DNA of 64,000 nucleotides from the human T2T-CHM13v2.0 reference genome, Homo sapiens: NCBI GenBank assembly GCA_009914755.4, contig CP068257.2, positions 15,680,001 through 15,744,000 of the forward strand, in the 5' to 3' direction. Both the position numbers and the translations under genes were made by a program. The notes beneath the pieces were generated by a model. That model made no database searches and was not told the DNA's origin. It worked only from the letters and a program-made list of their open reading frames with translations. Numbering within the stretch: the stretch's first letter is position 1; each line of letters opens with the position of its first letter. Below are positions 1 through 17,916 of the stretch, piece by piece.

Positions 1-910
1 CATACAAATGGCAAACAGGTATATAAAAAGGTGCTCAACATCATTGATCAGAGAAATGCAAATCAAAACTAGAGTAAAATATCATCTCATCCCAGTTAAA
101 ATGGCTTTTATCCAAAAAACAAGCAATAACAAATGCTGGCAAGGATGTAGAGAAAGGGGAACCCTAGTACAATGTTGGTGGGAATGTAAATTAGTACAAC
201 CTGTATGGAGAACAGTTTGAAGTTTTCTCAAAAAACTAAAAGTACAACTACCCTATGATCCAGCAATCCCACTGCTAGGTATATACCCCAAAGAAAGGAA
301 ATCAGTATACTGAAAAGATATCTGCATTCTCATATTTATTGCAGCACTATTCATGATAGCCAAGATTTGGAAGCAACCTATGTGTCTATCAACAGATGAA
401 TGGATAAAGAAAACATGACACTTTTCAACTTTGTGGTTGAAAACATGAGACCTTGTCATTTGCAACAACATGAGTGGAACTGGAGGGCATTATGTTAAGT
501 GAAATAAGCCAGGCACAGAAAGACAAACTTTGCATGTTCTCACTTATTAAAAATTAAAACAATTGAACTTATGGAGATAGAGAGTAGAATAATGGTTGCC
601 AAAGGATGGAAAGGGTAATGGGGGTGAGAGGGGGAGGTAAGGATTGTTGATGGGTACAAAACTATAGATAGAATGAATAAGAGCTAGTGTTTGGTAGCAC
701 AACAGGGTGACTACTGTCAATAATAATTTATTGTACATTTTTAAACATTGAAAGTGTATAATTGGATTTTTTGTAATGCCAAGAGGATAAATGCCTGAAA
801 TGATGGATACCACATTTACCCTGATGTGATAATTATGCATTATATGCCTGTATCTCATATACCTCATGAATATATATATCTATTATGTACCCACAAAAAT
901 TTAAAAAAAG
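1..910 (+). mobile_element. Older LINE-1 3' fragment (ORF2 C-terminus plus 3'UTR), 5'-truncated by the window edge
   Basis: ORF 8-220 translates to the L1 ORF2 C-terminal motif (...[42 protein letters not shown]). An L1 3'UTR-like tail ends in an A-run near 900. Confidence 0.8.
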
Positions 911-997
911 GAAATAAGAGGCATCCAAATTGGAAAGAAAAACGTAAAACTATCTCTGTTTACAGAAGACACGTCATATATTTAGAAAATGCTAAAA

Positions 998-1003
<6 letters not shown>

Positions 1004-1044
<41 letters not shown>

Positions 1045-1050
1045 CTTAGA
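1004..1050. repeat. (CA)n microsatellite, about 23 units
   Basis: An uninterrupted 'caca...' run. It produces the HTHTHT / VCVCVC artefact ORFs. Confidence 0.95.
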
Positions 1051-1339
1051 ACTAATCCAGTAAAGGGCAGGATACAAAATCTACTGTTACTTTTTAAAGA
1101 CTTTAAAGCAATTCTCTGTTTTGTTTTTTCAGTTATCATCAATATGCTACCTTTAAAAAAAAAGTTTTACTTACATTATGGATACCTGTTTTCCACTCCA
1201 GCCCTAACCTGGCTTATTGAAGAACACAGTACATTCACTTCTCTGAACATAGTACATTCACTTCTATGATAGTTTTGCCCCCATAAGAGGACAGTAGACC
1301 ATATGTCTTCACCATCTGGCAACAGAAGCTATAACAATG

Positions 1340-1806
1340 GTGTATTAGTTTCTTAGAGCTTGTGTAACAAAGAACCACAAATTAGATGTCTTTGAAAAAA
1401 TAGATGTATTATTTCACAGTTCTGGAAGCTTGAGGTCTGAACTCAAAATGTCAGAATGAACATGCTTCTTCTGAAGCCTGCAACAGAGAGTTCTTCCTTG
1501 CCTCTTCACAGCTTCTGGTGGTTTTTGGTAATCCTTGATGTTCCTTGGCTTGCAACTGTAGCTCTTAAATCTCTGCCTCAGTCATAATCTGGCACTCTCT
1601 TCATGTGCCTGCGTCTCTGTGTCTCCTCTCTTCTTATGAAGACATCAGTCATATTAGATTTAGGGTCTAACCTACTACAACAGGACCTCGCCTTAACTAC
1701 TTAGATTTGCAACAGCTCTATTTCTGAATAAGATCTCATTCTGAGGTCCTGAGAGCTAGAACTTCAACATATTTGAGGGGAAGGGACATAATTTAAACCA
1801 TAACGA
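1340..1806. mobile_element. Ancient MaLR/MLT1-like solo LTR
   Basis: Starts 'tgtattagtttcttagagct..gtaacaaagaaccacaaa', contains '..cacagttctggaagc..', and ends '..ctcattctgaggtcctg..acttcaacatatttgagggg'. This matches a common mammalian LTR consensus that I recall; the subfamily is uncertain. Confidence 0.55.
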
Positions 1807-3321
1807 ATGGATAAATACCTGACACAAACCAGGCTGTCTCAGAGAGAGTAGCTTCCTGGAAAAGTGGAGTCTATGACAAGACTTGTGAGTAAGTAGTATA
1901 CTTGGGAAGCAAACCCAGTGAGCAGAAGTGAGAGGAAGAGAAGAGTGAGAAACGAAAGAAGGAAGAACCCATAGAAAGATGTGTTATTGAGATTGCCACT
2001 GTGGATGCAAAGGGCTCTATTCTACATGGACTTCAAAAAAGTGTACAGAACACCTCTCAAAACTACCTGCTGGGAGAATGAAAAGCAGCAGTATTTATGC
2101 ACACGCTCTCACTGTTTATTGTTAGTGTGCTAACTCCCAAAGAATTTGAATTATTCACTCTTAAAAACCAATGCACATAGACAAAGTGAACCCTCCAAGG
2201 GCATCCCTAGCATATCAGAGGAGCTCCAGAGACAAAAGCAAAGATTTTTGGTAAGAAATTGTCAGCTCGAAGAGAATAGAAGCCTCTGTTTCATACACCT
2301 GGAGCCATGCCTGTCTCAGTGTCCTCTGATCCAACCATGCTGTCCCTCATGTGAAATTCAGCCCTTTCATTGTTTTCCACAGCCCAAAACAATCTCAGTA
2401 AGAATTTGTCACAATGGGGGAGGAGCCAAGATGGCCGAATAGGAACAGCTCCAGTCTACAGCTCCCAGCATGAGCGATACAGAAGACTGGTGATTTCTGC
2501 ATTTCCATCTGAGGTACCGGGTTCATCTCACTAGGGAGTGCCAGACAGTGGGTGCAGGTCAGTGGGTGCGTGCACTGTGTGTGAGCCAAAGCAGGGCGAG
2601 GCATTGCCTCACTTGGGAAGCGCAAGGGGTCAGGGAGTTCCCTTTCCGAGTCAAAGAAAGGGGTGACAGACGCACCTGGAAAACCCGGTCACTCCCACCC
2701 GAATATTGCACTTTTCGGACCAGCTTAAAAAACTGCACACCACGAGATTATATCCCACACCTGGCTCAGAGGGTCCTATGCCCACGAAATCTCACTGATT
2801 GCTAGCACAGCAGTCTGAGATCAAACTGCAAGGTGGCAGCGAGGCTGGGGGAGGGGCGCCCACCATCGCCCAGGCTTGCTTAGGTAAACAAAGCAGCTGG
2901 GAAGCTCCAACTGGGTGGAGCCCACCACAGCTCCAGGAGGCCTGCCTGCCTCTGTAGGCTCCACCTCTGGGGGCAGGGCACAGACAAACAAAAAGACAGC
3001 AGTAACCTCTGCAGACTTAAATGTCCCTGTCTGACAGCTTTGAAGAGAGTAGTGGTTCTCCCAGCACGAAGCTGGAGATCTGAAAACGGGCAGACTGCCT
3101 CCTCAAGTGGGTCCCTGACCCCTGACCCCCGAGCAGCCTAACTGGGAGGCACCCCCCGGCAGGGGCACACTGACACCTCACACTGCAGGGTATTCCAACA
3201 GACCTGCAGCTGAGGGTCCTGTCTGTTAGAAGGAAAACTAACAAACAGAAAGGACATCCACACCAAAAACCCATCTGTACATCACCATCATCAAAGACCA
3301 AAAGTAGATAAAACCACAAAG

Positions 3322-4339
3322 ATGGGGGAAAAAACAGAACAGAAAAACTGGAAACTCTAAAACGCAGAGCGCCTCTCCTCCTCCAAAGGAACGCAGTTCC
3401 TCACCAGCAACGGAACAAAGCTGGATGGAGAATGACTTTGACGAGCTGAGAGAAGAAGGCTTCAGAAGATCAAACTACTCTGAGCTACGGAAGGACATTC
3501 AAACCAAAGGCAAAGAAGTTGAAAACTTTGAAAAAAATTTAGAAGAATGTATAACTAGAATAACCAATACAGAGAAGTGCTTAAAGGAGCTGATGGAGCT
3601 GAAAACCAAGGCTCGAGAACTACATGAAGAATGCAGAAGCCTCAGGAGCTGATGCAATCAACTGGAAGAAAGGGTATCAGCAATGGAAGATAAAATGAAT
3701 GAAATGAAGCGAAAAGGGAAGTTTAGAGAAAAAAGAATAAAAAGAAATGAGCAAAGCCTCCAAGAAATATGGGACTGTGTGAAAAGACCAAATCTACGTC
3801 TGATTGGTGTACCTGAAAGTGATGGGGAGAATGGAACCAAGTTGGAAAACACTCTGCAGGATATTATCCAGGAGAACTTCCCCAATCTAGCAAGGCAGGC
3901 CAACGTTCAGATTCAGGAAATACAGAGAACACCACAGAGATGCTCCTCGAGAAGAGCAACTCCAAGACACATAATCATCAGATTCACCAAAGTTGAAATG
4001 AAGGAAAAAATGTTAAGGGCAGCCAGAGAGAAAGGTTGGGTTACCCTCAAAGGGCAGCCCATCAGACTAACAGCGGATCTCTCGGCAGAAACCCTACAAG
4101 CCAGAAGAGAGTGGGGGCCAATATTCAACATTCTTAAAGAAAAGAATTTTCAACCCAGAATTTCATATCCAGCCAAACTAAGCTTCATAAGTGAAGGAGA
4201 AATAAAATACTTTACAGACAAGCAAATGCTGAGAGATTTTGTCACCACCAGTCCTGCCCTAAAAGAGCTCCTGAAGGAAGCGCTAAACATGGAAAGGAAC
4301 AACCGGTACCAGCCGCTGCAAAATCATGCCAAAATGTAA
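3322..4339 (+). pseudogene. L1 ORF1 (ORF1p), disrupted
   Basis: The ATG at 3322 is in frame 1, but the conserved ORF1 reading (3425-4339) is in frame 2. There is an extra G in the run 'atggggg' at 3322-3328. There is an in-frame TGA at 3653-3655, where the consensus has CGA. Confidence 0.85.
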
Positions 4340-4402
4340 AGACCATTGAGACTAGGAAGAAACTGCATCAACTAACGAGCAAAATCACCAGCTAACATCA
4401 TA

Positions 4403-8230
<3,828 letters not shown>

Positions 8231-8478
8231 ACAATGAGATCACATGGACACAGGAAGGGGAATATCATACTCTGGGGACTGTGGTGGGGTGGGGGGAGGG
8301 GGGAGGGATAGCATTGGGAGATATACCTAATGCTAGATGACGAGTTGGTGGGTGCAGCGCACCAGCATGGCACATGTATACATATGTAACTAACCTGCAC
8401 AATGTGCACATGTACCCTAAAACTTAAAGTATAATAAATAAATAAATAAAAAATAAATAAAAAAAGAATTTGTCACAA

Positions 8479-8905
8479 AGGACATATTGTATGATTTCAC
8501 TTATATGGGGTGCCTAAAGTTGTCACATTCATAGAGATAGAAAGTAGAATAGTAGTTTACAATGGCTGTGGGGAGGGGAAAGTGGAGAGATAATGGGTAT
8601 GGAGTTTCAGTTTGGAAAACAAAAATTCTGGAGATGGATGGTGGTGATGGCTGCACCACAATATGAAGGAATCTAATGCCACCGAACTATATACTTAAAT
8701 TTAGTTAATGTGGTAAATATTTTGTGTGATATATTTTGTGCTATTATATATATATATATATATAGTATATATATAGTATACATGTATAGTGCGATATATT
8801 TTGTGCTATTATATATAGTATACGTATAGTATACGTATACTATATATATACTATATTCTATATATACACCATATATAATATCATTTGAAAACATTAAAAT
8901 TTTAA
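8479..8905 (+). mobile_element. Older L1 (L1PB/L1MA-like) 3' end; the young L1 at 2416 inserted at its 5' boundary
   Basis: '..tcacttatatgg..catagagatagaaagtagaatagtagtttacaatggctgtggggagg..gatggtggtgatggctgcaccacaatatgaaggaatctaatgccaccgaactatatacttaaa' matches the old-L1 3'UTR consensus. Confidence 0.7.
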
Positions 8906-8935
8906 TTAAATTTTAATTTAAATTTTAATTAAAAA
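8690..8935. repeat. AT-rich compound simple repeat ((TA)n / TATAGTATACG units, then (AATTTTAATT)n)
   Basis: Visible low-complexity runs. ORF 8673-8894 is a translation artefact (YIYIY). Confidence 0.9.
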
Positions 8936-10703
8936 CAATTTGTGAGTTTATCAGATGTTCCTAAAGATTTGGGGTGGATTCACATTATGCAATTTCAATC
9001 TTCTACTGTCCTTTCTCTTCCTCTTCCCACTCTGCCCCTCATACCCCCGCTTTCCCATTGCCTTGGGCACACCAAATTCTACCTCTTCTATTACAAAGAT
9101 AATTATTTTCCTAAATAAAGACACTTCTATGCAAAAAGAATTCTGGTGACTGCTATTTGAAAAATAACATTGTCTCCTTATTACACACAAGTTAGACTGG
9201 CCAGATTTCTAAGTTTTAGGAACAAAAACTACCTCTGACTAAAGCACAAGTACTTATATACATATTTCCTAGAAAGAATGAGATTGTCTTTCTTAGGCGT
9301 CTCTTCAAACTATAAGTGTGTGACATTAATTATAGAAAGTTGTAGCACACTGAATGAGCATATCACACATTAATATTTTCATATCTCTGAATTATGTAAC
9401 AGCAGAGAGAGGAGAGATGAAGTGTTGGAGAAATATTGAAATAGAACTTACGTTTTCTGGCTTCTAAATTAGCAGAGTGTATTAGAAGACTGTGCCTGGA
9501 TATCTGAAAACAGCCAAAAAGGGAGCTGCCGCCTCTCTAATTTAATGCCAAACTCCCGGGAGTAGTTTACTGCCAGGGTTTTATCATGTATTATGAGGAC
9601 AAGTATTGGCAGGCTTCCATGAGATCCATATAAGCTTTTAACTCCTAGATCAGGTCATTGACTGATAACTGGATCCTCATATGGGCTTTTACTATCATTT
9701 TAGTAATACTCTTGGTGATTGAGTTGACTCCCATAAATCTAGTCCTGCTACTACCCCACTGGAGTGTATAGTGTTGATTCCTAACCACCTACCACTCTTG
9801 TACATTAACATTTCATAAAAGCTCTACTTACAGGTCTCCTAAAAGCTTTCTCATAGATAGACTAGAGTCTTCAAAGTCCTTTTTCTTTCCCAATAACTGA
9901 AAATAGTTCTTATACCTTAATAATAATTCAAAAACAAATGGACTTTTTCTATATAAAAATACAATATGTTATTCGGGCAGCAACAATATACCAAAGTTGT
10001 TAATAGGTGGCCCTGACTTAATATTCTTAACTGTTCTATGTTCCTATAGAATCACAAAATGTCAGTATTTGAGGATTGATTAAAGAACAGCTAATCCAGG
10101 GATTAAAATGGCTCATCTATAGGGTGGATCTGGTTTGCAGACATGTATTGTTCAGCACACACAATATTTCTAAACATTTGGAATTATCCACCACATTTTC
10201 AAATATTGCACATCAATATCTGAAGATCTGGCAATACTAGACTGGTGTTCTCTTGTAGTAATTATGGGCTGGAGCCAGGTAGTTGATGATACCTTTGTTC
10301 TCGTCTTTACCACAGTCCTCACCACATTGTGCTAGGTTTTTGTCACATCCTTTGCTCATCTCATCATGAGGCCTGAATTTTATATGGATTTGAAAATTTG
10401 ATTGGTGTCATTTTAGAGATTAGAAAACATGAGATGTAGAGTGCTTAAATAACTCTCCTAAGAGCAAATAAACAATTACTGAAAAAGGTACCTGAACCGA
10501 ATCTTATGTCTACACAAATTGCTGTAACATAAAGTGCTTCAATGGTCTAAGAGATACAGGTTGAGGAAACCTGCATTGTACTACCATGTCTCTTCTCTTA
10601 AAGTTTATTTTCCAAGTTTTTAAGTACTTTATTAGGTCAAGTTTTTTTTCCACAATCTTCAATTTACAATAAATGATCAAAATTTTTAATTCTAAATATT
10701 TAA

Positions 10704-11116
<413 letters not shown>

Positions 11117-11329
11117 TGACAAACTGTGCTTGGATATTTTTGGATTTTTATTTAATCTAACAAACTTAAAACCAAAAAACAAAATGTCAATAGTCAGATG
11201 AATGTACGTTTTTTCTGTCTTGAATCATTTCAAATAATGACTGTGTTTTTAAAAATGTGAAGTATGTCTAATTATCTATTATTGTAATGCTTTTTCTGTA
11301 TTCATAGTCAAAATATACTCTTTGTGTAT

Positions 11330-11945
<616 letters not shown>

Positions 11946-12794
11946 CCAGCAGGATATGCTCTTTAAAATAATTACTAATGAATATTTTTGCCAAAAATAA
12001 AACACATACACCAGTTCCTAACACTGATTATCAAGATATTTATTTATAATAATTAGAAGATAATTAGAACTATTACTGAACTTATGAGAAGAAAGAATCC
12101 CAGCTCAAAAGAGGAGGCTGAGCAAATGACCCCCACTGAGAGAATAAATCTGAGAAACTGAAAACGATTTTCTAATATGCAATGAAATTTTAGTAAAATA
12201 AATATGCATAAACTGACATTTTAAGAGAACTCTCTAAAAATTACTAATTTTATATGAAAACATAAAACATTGTTGCTAAAATAAAAATATCAAGAGAGTG
12301 ATAGAACAGCAAAATAGATGCTCCTAAGTAGAATATTGGGAATAATTCAAGTAATTCTCCAAAGAAGCAATATGAAAATATTTAAAATTAAAATTATGCT
12401 TTAAAATATACAAGGAATGGAAGACAGTTGCAAAATTTAAAAAAAAAACAGACTAAAGAGAAGATTCATCAAAAATAAAACGACATTAATTGTTCCTGAA
12501 CCAAAGAAAAACTTGAGTCTCAGATAAAAAGAACTAACTGAAAGCAGGGCAGATTATTTGGGAGAATAAAACTTATTTGTAGAAATAGCCCAGAAAAATA
12601 CATATTTTCTAAGGCTAAAAAGAAATTTGAATCGCTTCTAAATAACAAAGCAAACTACAAAGAAAAATAAATCAGTAAGCATCAAACTTTCATCTATAAC
12701 ACTAAATGGTATAACACAATAAACCACAAGAATTCTCAAAATTAAATAGTCATTCTAACAAACGTTCATAAAAGAGGGAGAAAAGAATAGTAAG

Positions 12795-12796
<2 letters not shown>

Positions 12797-12825
<29 letters not shown>

Positions 12826-12826
12826 A
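12797..12826. repeat. (GT)n(GC)n microsatellite
   Basis: 'gtgtgtgtgtgtgtgtgtgtgcgcgcgc'. Confidence 0.9.
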
Positions 12827-13799
12827 CATGAATGCAAGCACACTAAAGAGCCGAGCAATGGGATGTAGTGACAGGTATTGTTTCTGTGTGCTTAGGAACA
12901 CCTCCCTGTTGAACTTTCCTTCCCCTGCTCATTACAGTGCTGCTAGACTGATAATTCCAGGACCTTGCCCACTTGATCACTGGGGTGGAACTTACATACT
13001 GTCCTTCAGTGGTTTGAATCTTCAATAGAGAATCACATGAATGCAACATGATGGAAATTGATTCTTCTATTAACAGAATTCTTTAACCTCACCAAATACA
13101 CTTTTGCTAGTTCATCACCTGTTTTAGAGTTGTTTTTCCATTTTGTTGAATTAATGCATGCACTTTTCCCATTTTTTACATCTGTTAGTCCATCTCCTAG
13201 AAACAACTATTCTACCCCGTATCATTTTTACACAATTTCTACTTCCATATCTTTTAATAATATACTTCTTATGCTGTTTTCTGATTTATAAAATTTAGGT
13301 ATAATCTAATTATTATAATAAATGAGGAATCATTGGCTTACCACTAGCCTCCTTCCAACCAGTTGTTATATCCATATTTTGAGTTCCCGTGTAGTTTCTT
13401 TGTGTCTTTAGTAAAATATTAACATCTTTATTTTTTATTTCAAAGCTGTGGGAATGTATATTTTGTAGCAGTAAACCCAGTGCATACTTTGGCCAAATAC
13501 TAAGCCAAACCCAAAGATGTTGCATCCATAATCTTTCTTCTCATGTTTGATGATGATATTAATGACCATAGTTTTCATTTCAGCATCACTATGTTCTTTT
13601 CTCCTGCAAATTTTATCATCTGCATAATAACTTTTGCAATGCTAAAGTTAAGGGTATTGATATATAATTAATTCTGCCATGGGTTAGCTGTAGGTTGAAG
13701 TCTAATTTGAAAGTCATTGAGAGCGTTAAGAATGTAAACATGGTTTTCTGCAGATCAAAGCAGTGTAGATTGATCGTTGTGATATTTTTAACTTTTATA

Positions 13800-13960
13800 T
13801 TATGTTCAGGGATACATGTGCAGGTTTTTTATATAGGTAAACTCATGTGATGGGGGTTTGTTGTACAGATTATTTCATTATCCAGGTACTAAGTCTAGTA
13901 TCCAATAGTTGTTTTTTTCTGATCCTCTTCCTCCTCCCACCCTTTTGTCTTGTCTTCAAA
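13800..13960 (-). mobile_element. Short L1 3'-end fragment, antisense
   Basis: 'ggatacatgtgcaggttttttatataggtaaactcatgtgatgggggtttgttgtacagattatttcattatccaggtactaagtctagtatccaatagttgtttttttctgatcctcttcctcctcccaccc' is the reverse complement of the L1P 3' region. Confidence 0.6.
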
Positions 13961-14423
13961 TTTATTAGTATTTTATATCTACTGGGATGGAGAAAAAGCC
14001 TAGAAAAATAAGTATAGTTTTACTGAATCACCATTTCTTTTGATGCCTCTGTTTAGACTGCCTGCCCTCCAGGCCTGCTGCATGGCTGTATTTCTGGGGT
14101 TTCCCTTTGTAGCTCTTCTAGAGACAAATTGGCCCCACAGTCTCCAGGATGCCAAGATTTTTTCTGCTTACCTTTTCTTCCTCATTTAGATGCAGCCCAA
14201 CCTCAAATAACCTCCCTTGCAAGGGAGCAGAAGATATTTTATGACTTTTTTTACATTATTTATTAGAAATCCAATGTCATTCTGTACTATCTTCTAACAT
14301 TCAACATTGCTGATGGAAAATGTGATATGAGACTTGCCATTTTTCTGCAGGTCACATTGTTTCCTCAAGAAAAATTTTAGAAACTTCTCTATATCCTTAG
14401 CAATCTGAATTTTCACAATGGTA

Positions 14424-14872
14424 TGTGTATTAGTCAGGGTTCTCTAGAGGGACAGAACGAATAGAATAGATATATACGTAAAGGGGAGTTTATTAAGTAG
14501 TATTAACTCTCACAATCAAAAGGTCCCACAATAGGCCATCTGCAAGGAACAGGGAAGCCAGTCTGAGTCCAAAGGCTGAAGAACTTGGAGTCCAATATTC
14601 AAGGGCAGAAAACATCCAGTGCAGGAGAAAGATGTAGGATGGGAAGCTAAGCCAGTGGAGCCTTTTTACTTTTTTCTCCCTGCCTTTATATCCTGGCTGA
14701 GCTGACAGCTGATTAGATGGTGCCCACCCAGATTAAGGGTGGGCCTGCCTTTACCAGCCCACTGACTCAAATGTTAATCTCCTTTAGCCACACCTTCACA
14801 GACACACCTAGGATCAATACTTTGCATCCTTTACTCCAATCAAGTTGGCACTCAGTATTGACCATTACAAGT
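14424..14872 (-). mobile_element. ERV-L 3' LTR (MLT2-type ERVL LTR; subfamily uncertain)
   Basis: TG..CA boundaries. It is downstream of the dUTPase on the minus strand. Confidence 0.6.
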
Positions 14873-15492
14873 CCACCGCTTGTCAACTTGAACCCATACG
14901 CACCTCCTGAGATCATACATAATCTTCAAATAAAGACAATACTAAGGTATAATTATGCCTAACATAATATAACTGTCCTTCGTACAACCAGAAATCCACC
15001 AATCACCAAAAAAAATGCTATTACATAGAGTTAACAATACTTAAATGCTGATATGAAGTCAATAAATCTAATGTCACATAATAAAGGAGAAAAGAAAATG
15101 AAATGGAGATATGTTCTTAGTACAAGTGTATACATGCACGAACATGTTTTTAACAAAAGAAGGAGGAAACACTCATTACAATTACAGTCCTTGTTTCTGC
15201 AACTGGCCACATGATCCTCGCTGGATTTGATGACTACCTTCTACTACCCATTCAGTATTTCCTTTGCCTTCAGCAAGCACCTCAGCAGGTCACGGTTTTT
15301 TTGTGGTAGAGTGACCCAAACCATTCCTGAAGGCTCTGGGCCATTTGTATTCCTGCCTGTATTGGGCTGTTATAGTTTCCCATTGACATTAATCACAGGA
15401 CATGGGAATACTAAGAGATGCCCTGATGGATCTCCTGTATTCCATGCATACTCTTCCTTACCTCTGTTGTGGAGTACTAAACTGATTTCATC

Positions 15493-15702
15493 TTAATGGT
15501 CTGGGTCAATCACCCCAGTCAACACTGTAACTCTCTCCTTAGACTGTTGACTTAAAGGTAGGAGAAGCCCAAAGTGTCCAGGTGGCAATCTTAACTTCCA
15601 ATTTAATGGAATTGTTCGTGTGCCTCCTGATGGCAGTGTTCCTCTCTCTGGAACTAAGACCTCTAGGCCAGTAGAACATAATGTCATGGGAACAGGAAGC
15701 AA
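15493..15702 (-). pseudogene. dUTPase domain fragment of ERV-L pol
   Basis: The ORF translates to '..IPLNWKLRLPPGHFGLLLPLSQQSKERVTVLTGVIDPD..'. This resembles dUTPase motifs 2-3 ('P.G..G', '.RSS..', 'GVID.DY'). ERV-L is the ERV group known to carry dUTPase 3' of integrase. Confidence 0.55.
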
Positions 15703-15928
15703 AATTTTGCTAGTGGATCACTAGGGGTGATGGTGAGTCATGCCACTACCACTTCCACCCCTTGATTCCTGGGCCCATGAATTCTGGCTATAGGAGAAAA
15801 AATACCATATAATGGATGCTGGCTCAGAGCATACATAGCTTTCTGGAGAACTTTGCCTCAGCCCTGCAAAGTATTGTCACCTAGTTGGCATTATAATTGT
15901 GACTTCAAAAGGCCATTCCACCGTTCTA

Positions 15929-16315
15929 TCAATCCAGCTGCTTCAGGAAGATGGGAACATGGTAAGACAAGTGAATTCCATGAGCATGAGCCCACTGCTG
16001 CACTTCTTTAGCTGTAAAGTGAGTGCCTTTGTCAGAGGCAATGCTGTGTGGAATACCATGATGGTGAATAAGGCATTCCATGAGCCCATGGATGGTAGTC
16101 TTGGTAGAAGCATTGCTTGCAGGATAGGCAAACCCATATCTGGAGTAAGTATCTATTCCAGTGAGGTCAAACCACTTCCCTTTCCATGATGGAAGAAGTC
16201 CAATATAATCAACCTGCCACCAGGTAGCTGGCTGATCACCCCAATGAATGGTGCCATATTGAGGGCTCAGTGTTGGTCTCTGCCACTGGCAAATTGGGCA
16301 CTCAGCTGCGGCCAT
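15929..16315 (-). pseudogene. Retroviral integrase (zinc-finger end plus DDE catalytic core) fragment
   Basis: 'CPICQ...WQVDYIGLLPSWKGKWF..GIDTYSRYGFAYP...HHHGIPHSIASDKGTHFTAKEVQQWAHAHGIHL'. It shows a C-x2-C motif, WQ(V)D(Y), and 'SD(K)G..F', the second catalytic Asp motif. Confidence 0.8.
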
Positions 16316-17440
16316 AGCCAGGTCAGCCTTGGTGAGTGGAAGTCCATGTTGCTGAGCCCATGAGTAACCTCCATCCTGCCACCATGGCCACTTTTTTGAC
16401 AGGCCTATTGGGTGATGACAGGGGTACTGAGGAAAGAGGCTGACTGCTGTCCACAGAACGGGTCATCGTATCTATTTGATTATTAAAATTCTCCTCTGCT
16501 GAGGTCATCTATAGGTGAGCACTCACACAGGATATAAATGTCTTCACAGTTTTCGACCACTCAGAGAGGTCCATCCACATACATCTTCCCCAAATTTATT
16601 TGTCACTAATTTTCCAATCATGCTTCCTTCAAGTCCCTGACCATCCAGCCAAACCATTGGCTACAGCCCATGAATCAGTATATAATCACACATCTGGCCC
16701 TTTCTCCTTCCATGCAAGGTACACAACCAGGTGCACTGCTTAAAGTTCTGCCCACTGGGAAGACTTCCTCTCACCACTGTCCTTCAAGGATGTCTTAGAA
16801 AGGGGCTGTAGTGCTGCAGCTGTCCACTTTCAGGTGGTGCCCACATATCATGCAAAACCATGTGTGAACCAGGCCCTAGTCTTCTCTTCCTTTGTCAACT
16901 GATCATGGGCAACAACCTATGAGGCCATCAGTGCAGGGTGGGAGAGAGAAGGCAGGGTGGCTGGAGTGGAGACCATGGGCATTTGAGCCACTTTCCTTAT
17001 GTAACTTACTTGTTGCCTTCAGGACCTACTTGAGCCTGATCACGTATATATACCACTTCCATTTGATGATGGAATGCTGCTGTGCACTACCCATTTTATG
17101 GCTAAACGGGTCAGAAAGCACCCAGTTCACGATAGGCAGTTCAGCTCTCATGGTGACTTCATGACCCATAGTCAAATGTTCAGTTTCCACCAAAACCCAG
17201 TAACAGGCCAAGAGCTGTCTCTCAAAAGGAGAGTGGTTATCTGCAGGAGACGGCAGGGCCTTGATCCTAAATCCTAGAGGCCTTCACTGTGATTCACCTA
17301 TGGGGGCCTGCCAAAGGCTCCAAACAGTATCCCTATCTGCCACTGACACCTCAAGCACGATTGTATCTGCTGGGTCATATGGCCCAAGTGGCAGAGCAAC
17401 TTGCACAGCAGCCTGAACCAGTTACAGAGCCTTCTCCTGT

Positions 17441-17468
17441 TCTGGACCCCACTCCTGGTATCAAAATC
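17441..17468 (-). other. Primer-binding site complementary to the tRNA-Leu 3' end
   Basis: The minus strand directly after the LTR reads 'gattt TGATACCAGGAGTGGGGTCCAGAAC'. The tRNA-Leu PBS that I recall is 'TGGTGTCAGGAGTGGGATTCGAACC', giving about 20 of 25 matches. Confidence 0.6.
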
Positions 17469-17916
17469 TGTATTAGTCAGGGTTCTCTAGAGGAACAGAA
17501 CGAGAGAATAGGTGTATATATAAAGGGGAGTTTATTAGGTAGTAATAACTCACACAATCACAACCTCCCACAATAGGTCATCTGCAAGCTGAGGAGCAAG
17601 GAAGCCAGCCTGAGTCCCAAAGCTGAAGAAATTGGAGTCCAATGTTCAAGGGCAGGAAGCATTCAGCACAGGAGAAATATATGTGCTGGAAGGCTAAACC
17701 AGTCTAGCCTTTTTATGTTTTTCTGCCTGCTTTATATCCTGGCTAAACTGACAGCTGATTAGATGGTGTCCACCCAAATTAAGGGTGGGTCTGCCTTTCC
17801 CAACCCACTGCCTCAAATGTTAATCTCCTTTGGCAGCACCATCATAGACACACCCAGGATCAATACTTTGCATCCTTCAGTCCAGTCAAGTTGATACTCT
17901 GTATTAATCATCACAG
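17469..17916 (-). mobile_element. ERV-L 5' LTR
   Basis: It is homologous to 14424-14872 and adjacent to the PBS. Confidence 0.6.

Larger units (their letters stand above)
14424..17916 (-). mobile_element. ERV-L (class III endogenous retrovirus) provirus remnant, internally deleted
   Basis: Two LTR copies of about 450 bp lie in the same orientation, roughly 85% similar. Both start 'tgtgtattagtcagggttctctagagg' and end '..attaaccat(t/c)aca(a)g'. Between them the minus strand carries integrase and dUTPase ORFs. A tRNA-Leu-like PBS abuts the right-hand LTR on the minus strand. Confidence 0.75.

Noticed and set aside
826-1269. A 147-aa ORF containing HTHTHTHT, and a minus-strand ORF containing VCVCVC
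   Set aside because: Both are translations of the (CA)n microsatellite at 1004-1050.
2146-2442. A Cys/Pro-rich 98-aa ORF immediately upstream of the young L1
   Set aside because: It reads through the L1 TSD into the L1 5'UTR ('GGAKMAE' is the translation of GGGGGAGGAGCCAAGATGGCCGAA). It is a chance ORF spanning an insertion junction.
12040-12790. An A-rich low-complexity segment with a faint L1-ORF1-like flavour
   Set aside because: I could not align it convincingly to any consensus I know. It may be an ancient decayed repeat and is left unannotated.
15899-16189. Plus-strand ORFs (15899-16189, 16892-17164) within the ERV-L interior
   Set aside because: They lie antisense to the integrase reading and are overlapping-frame artefacts with no retroviral motifs.
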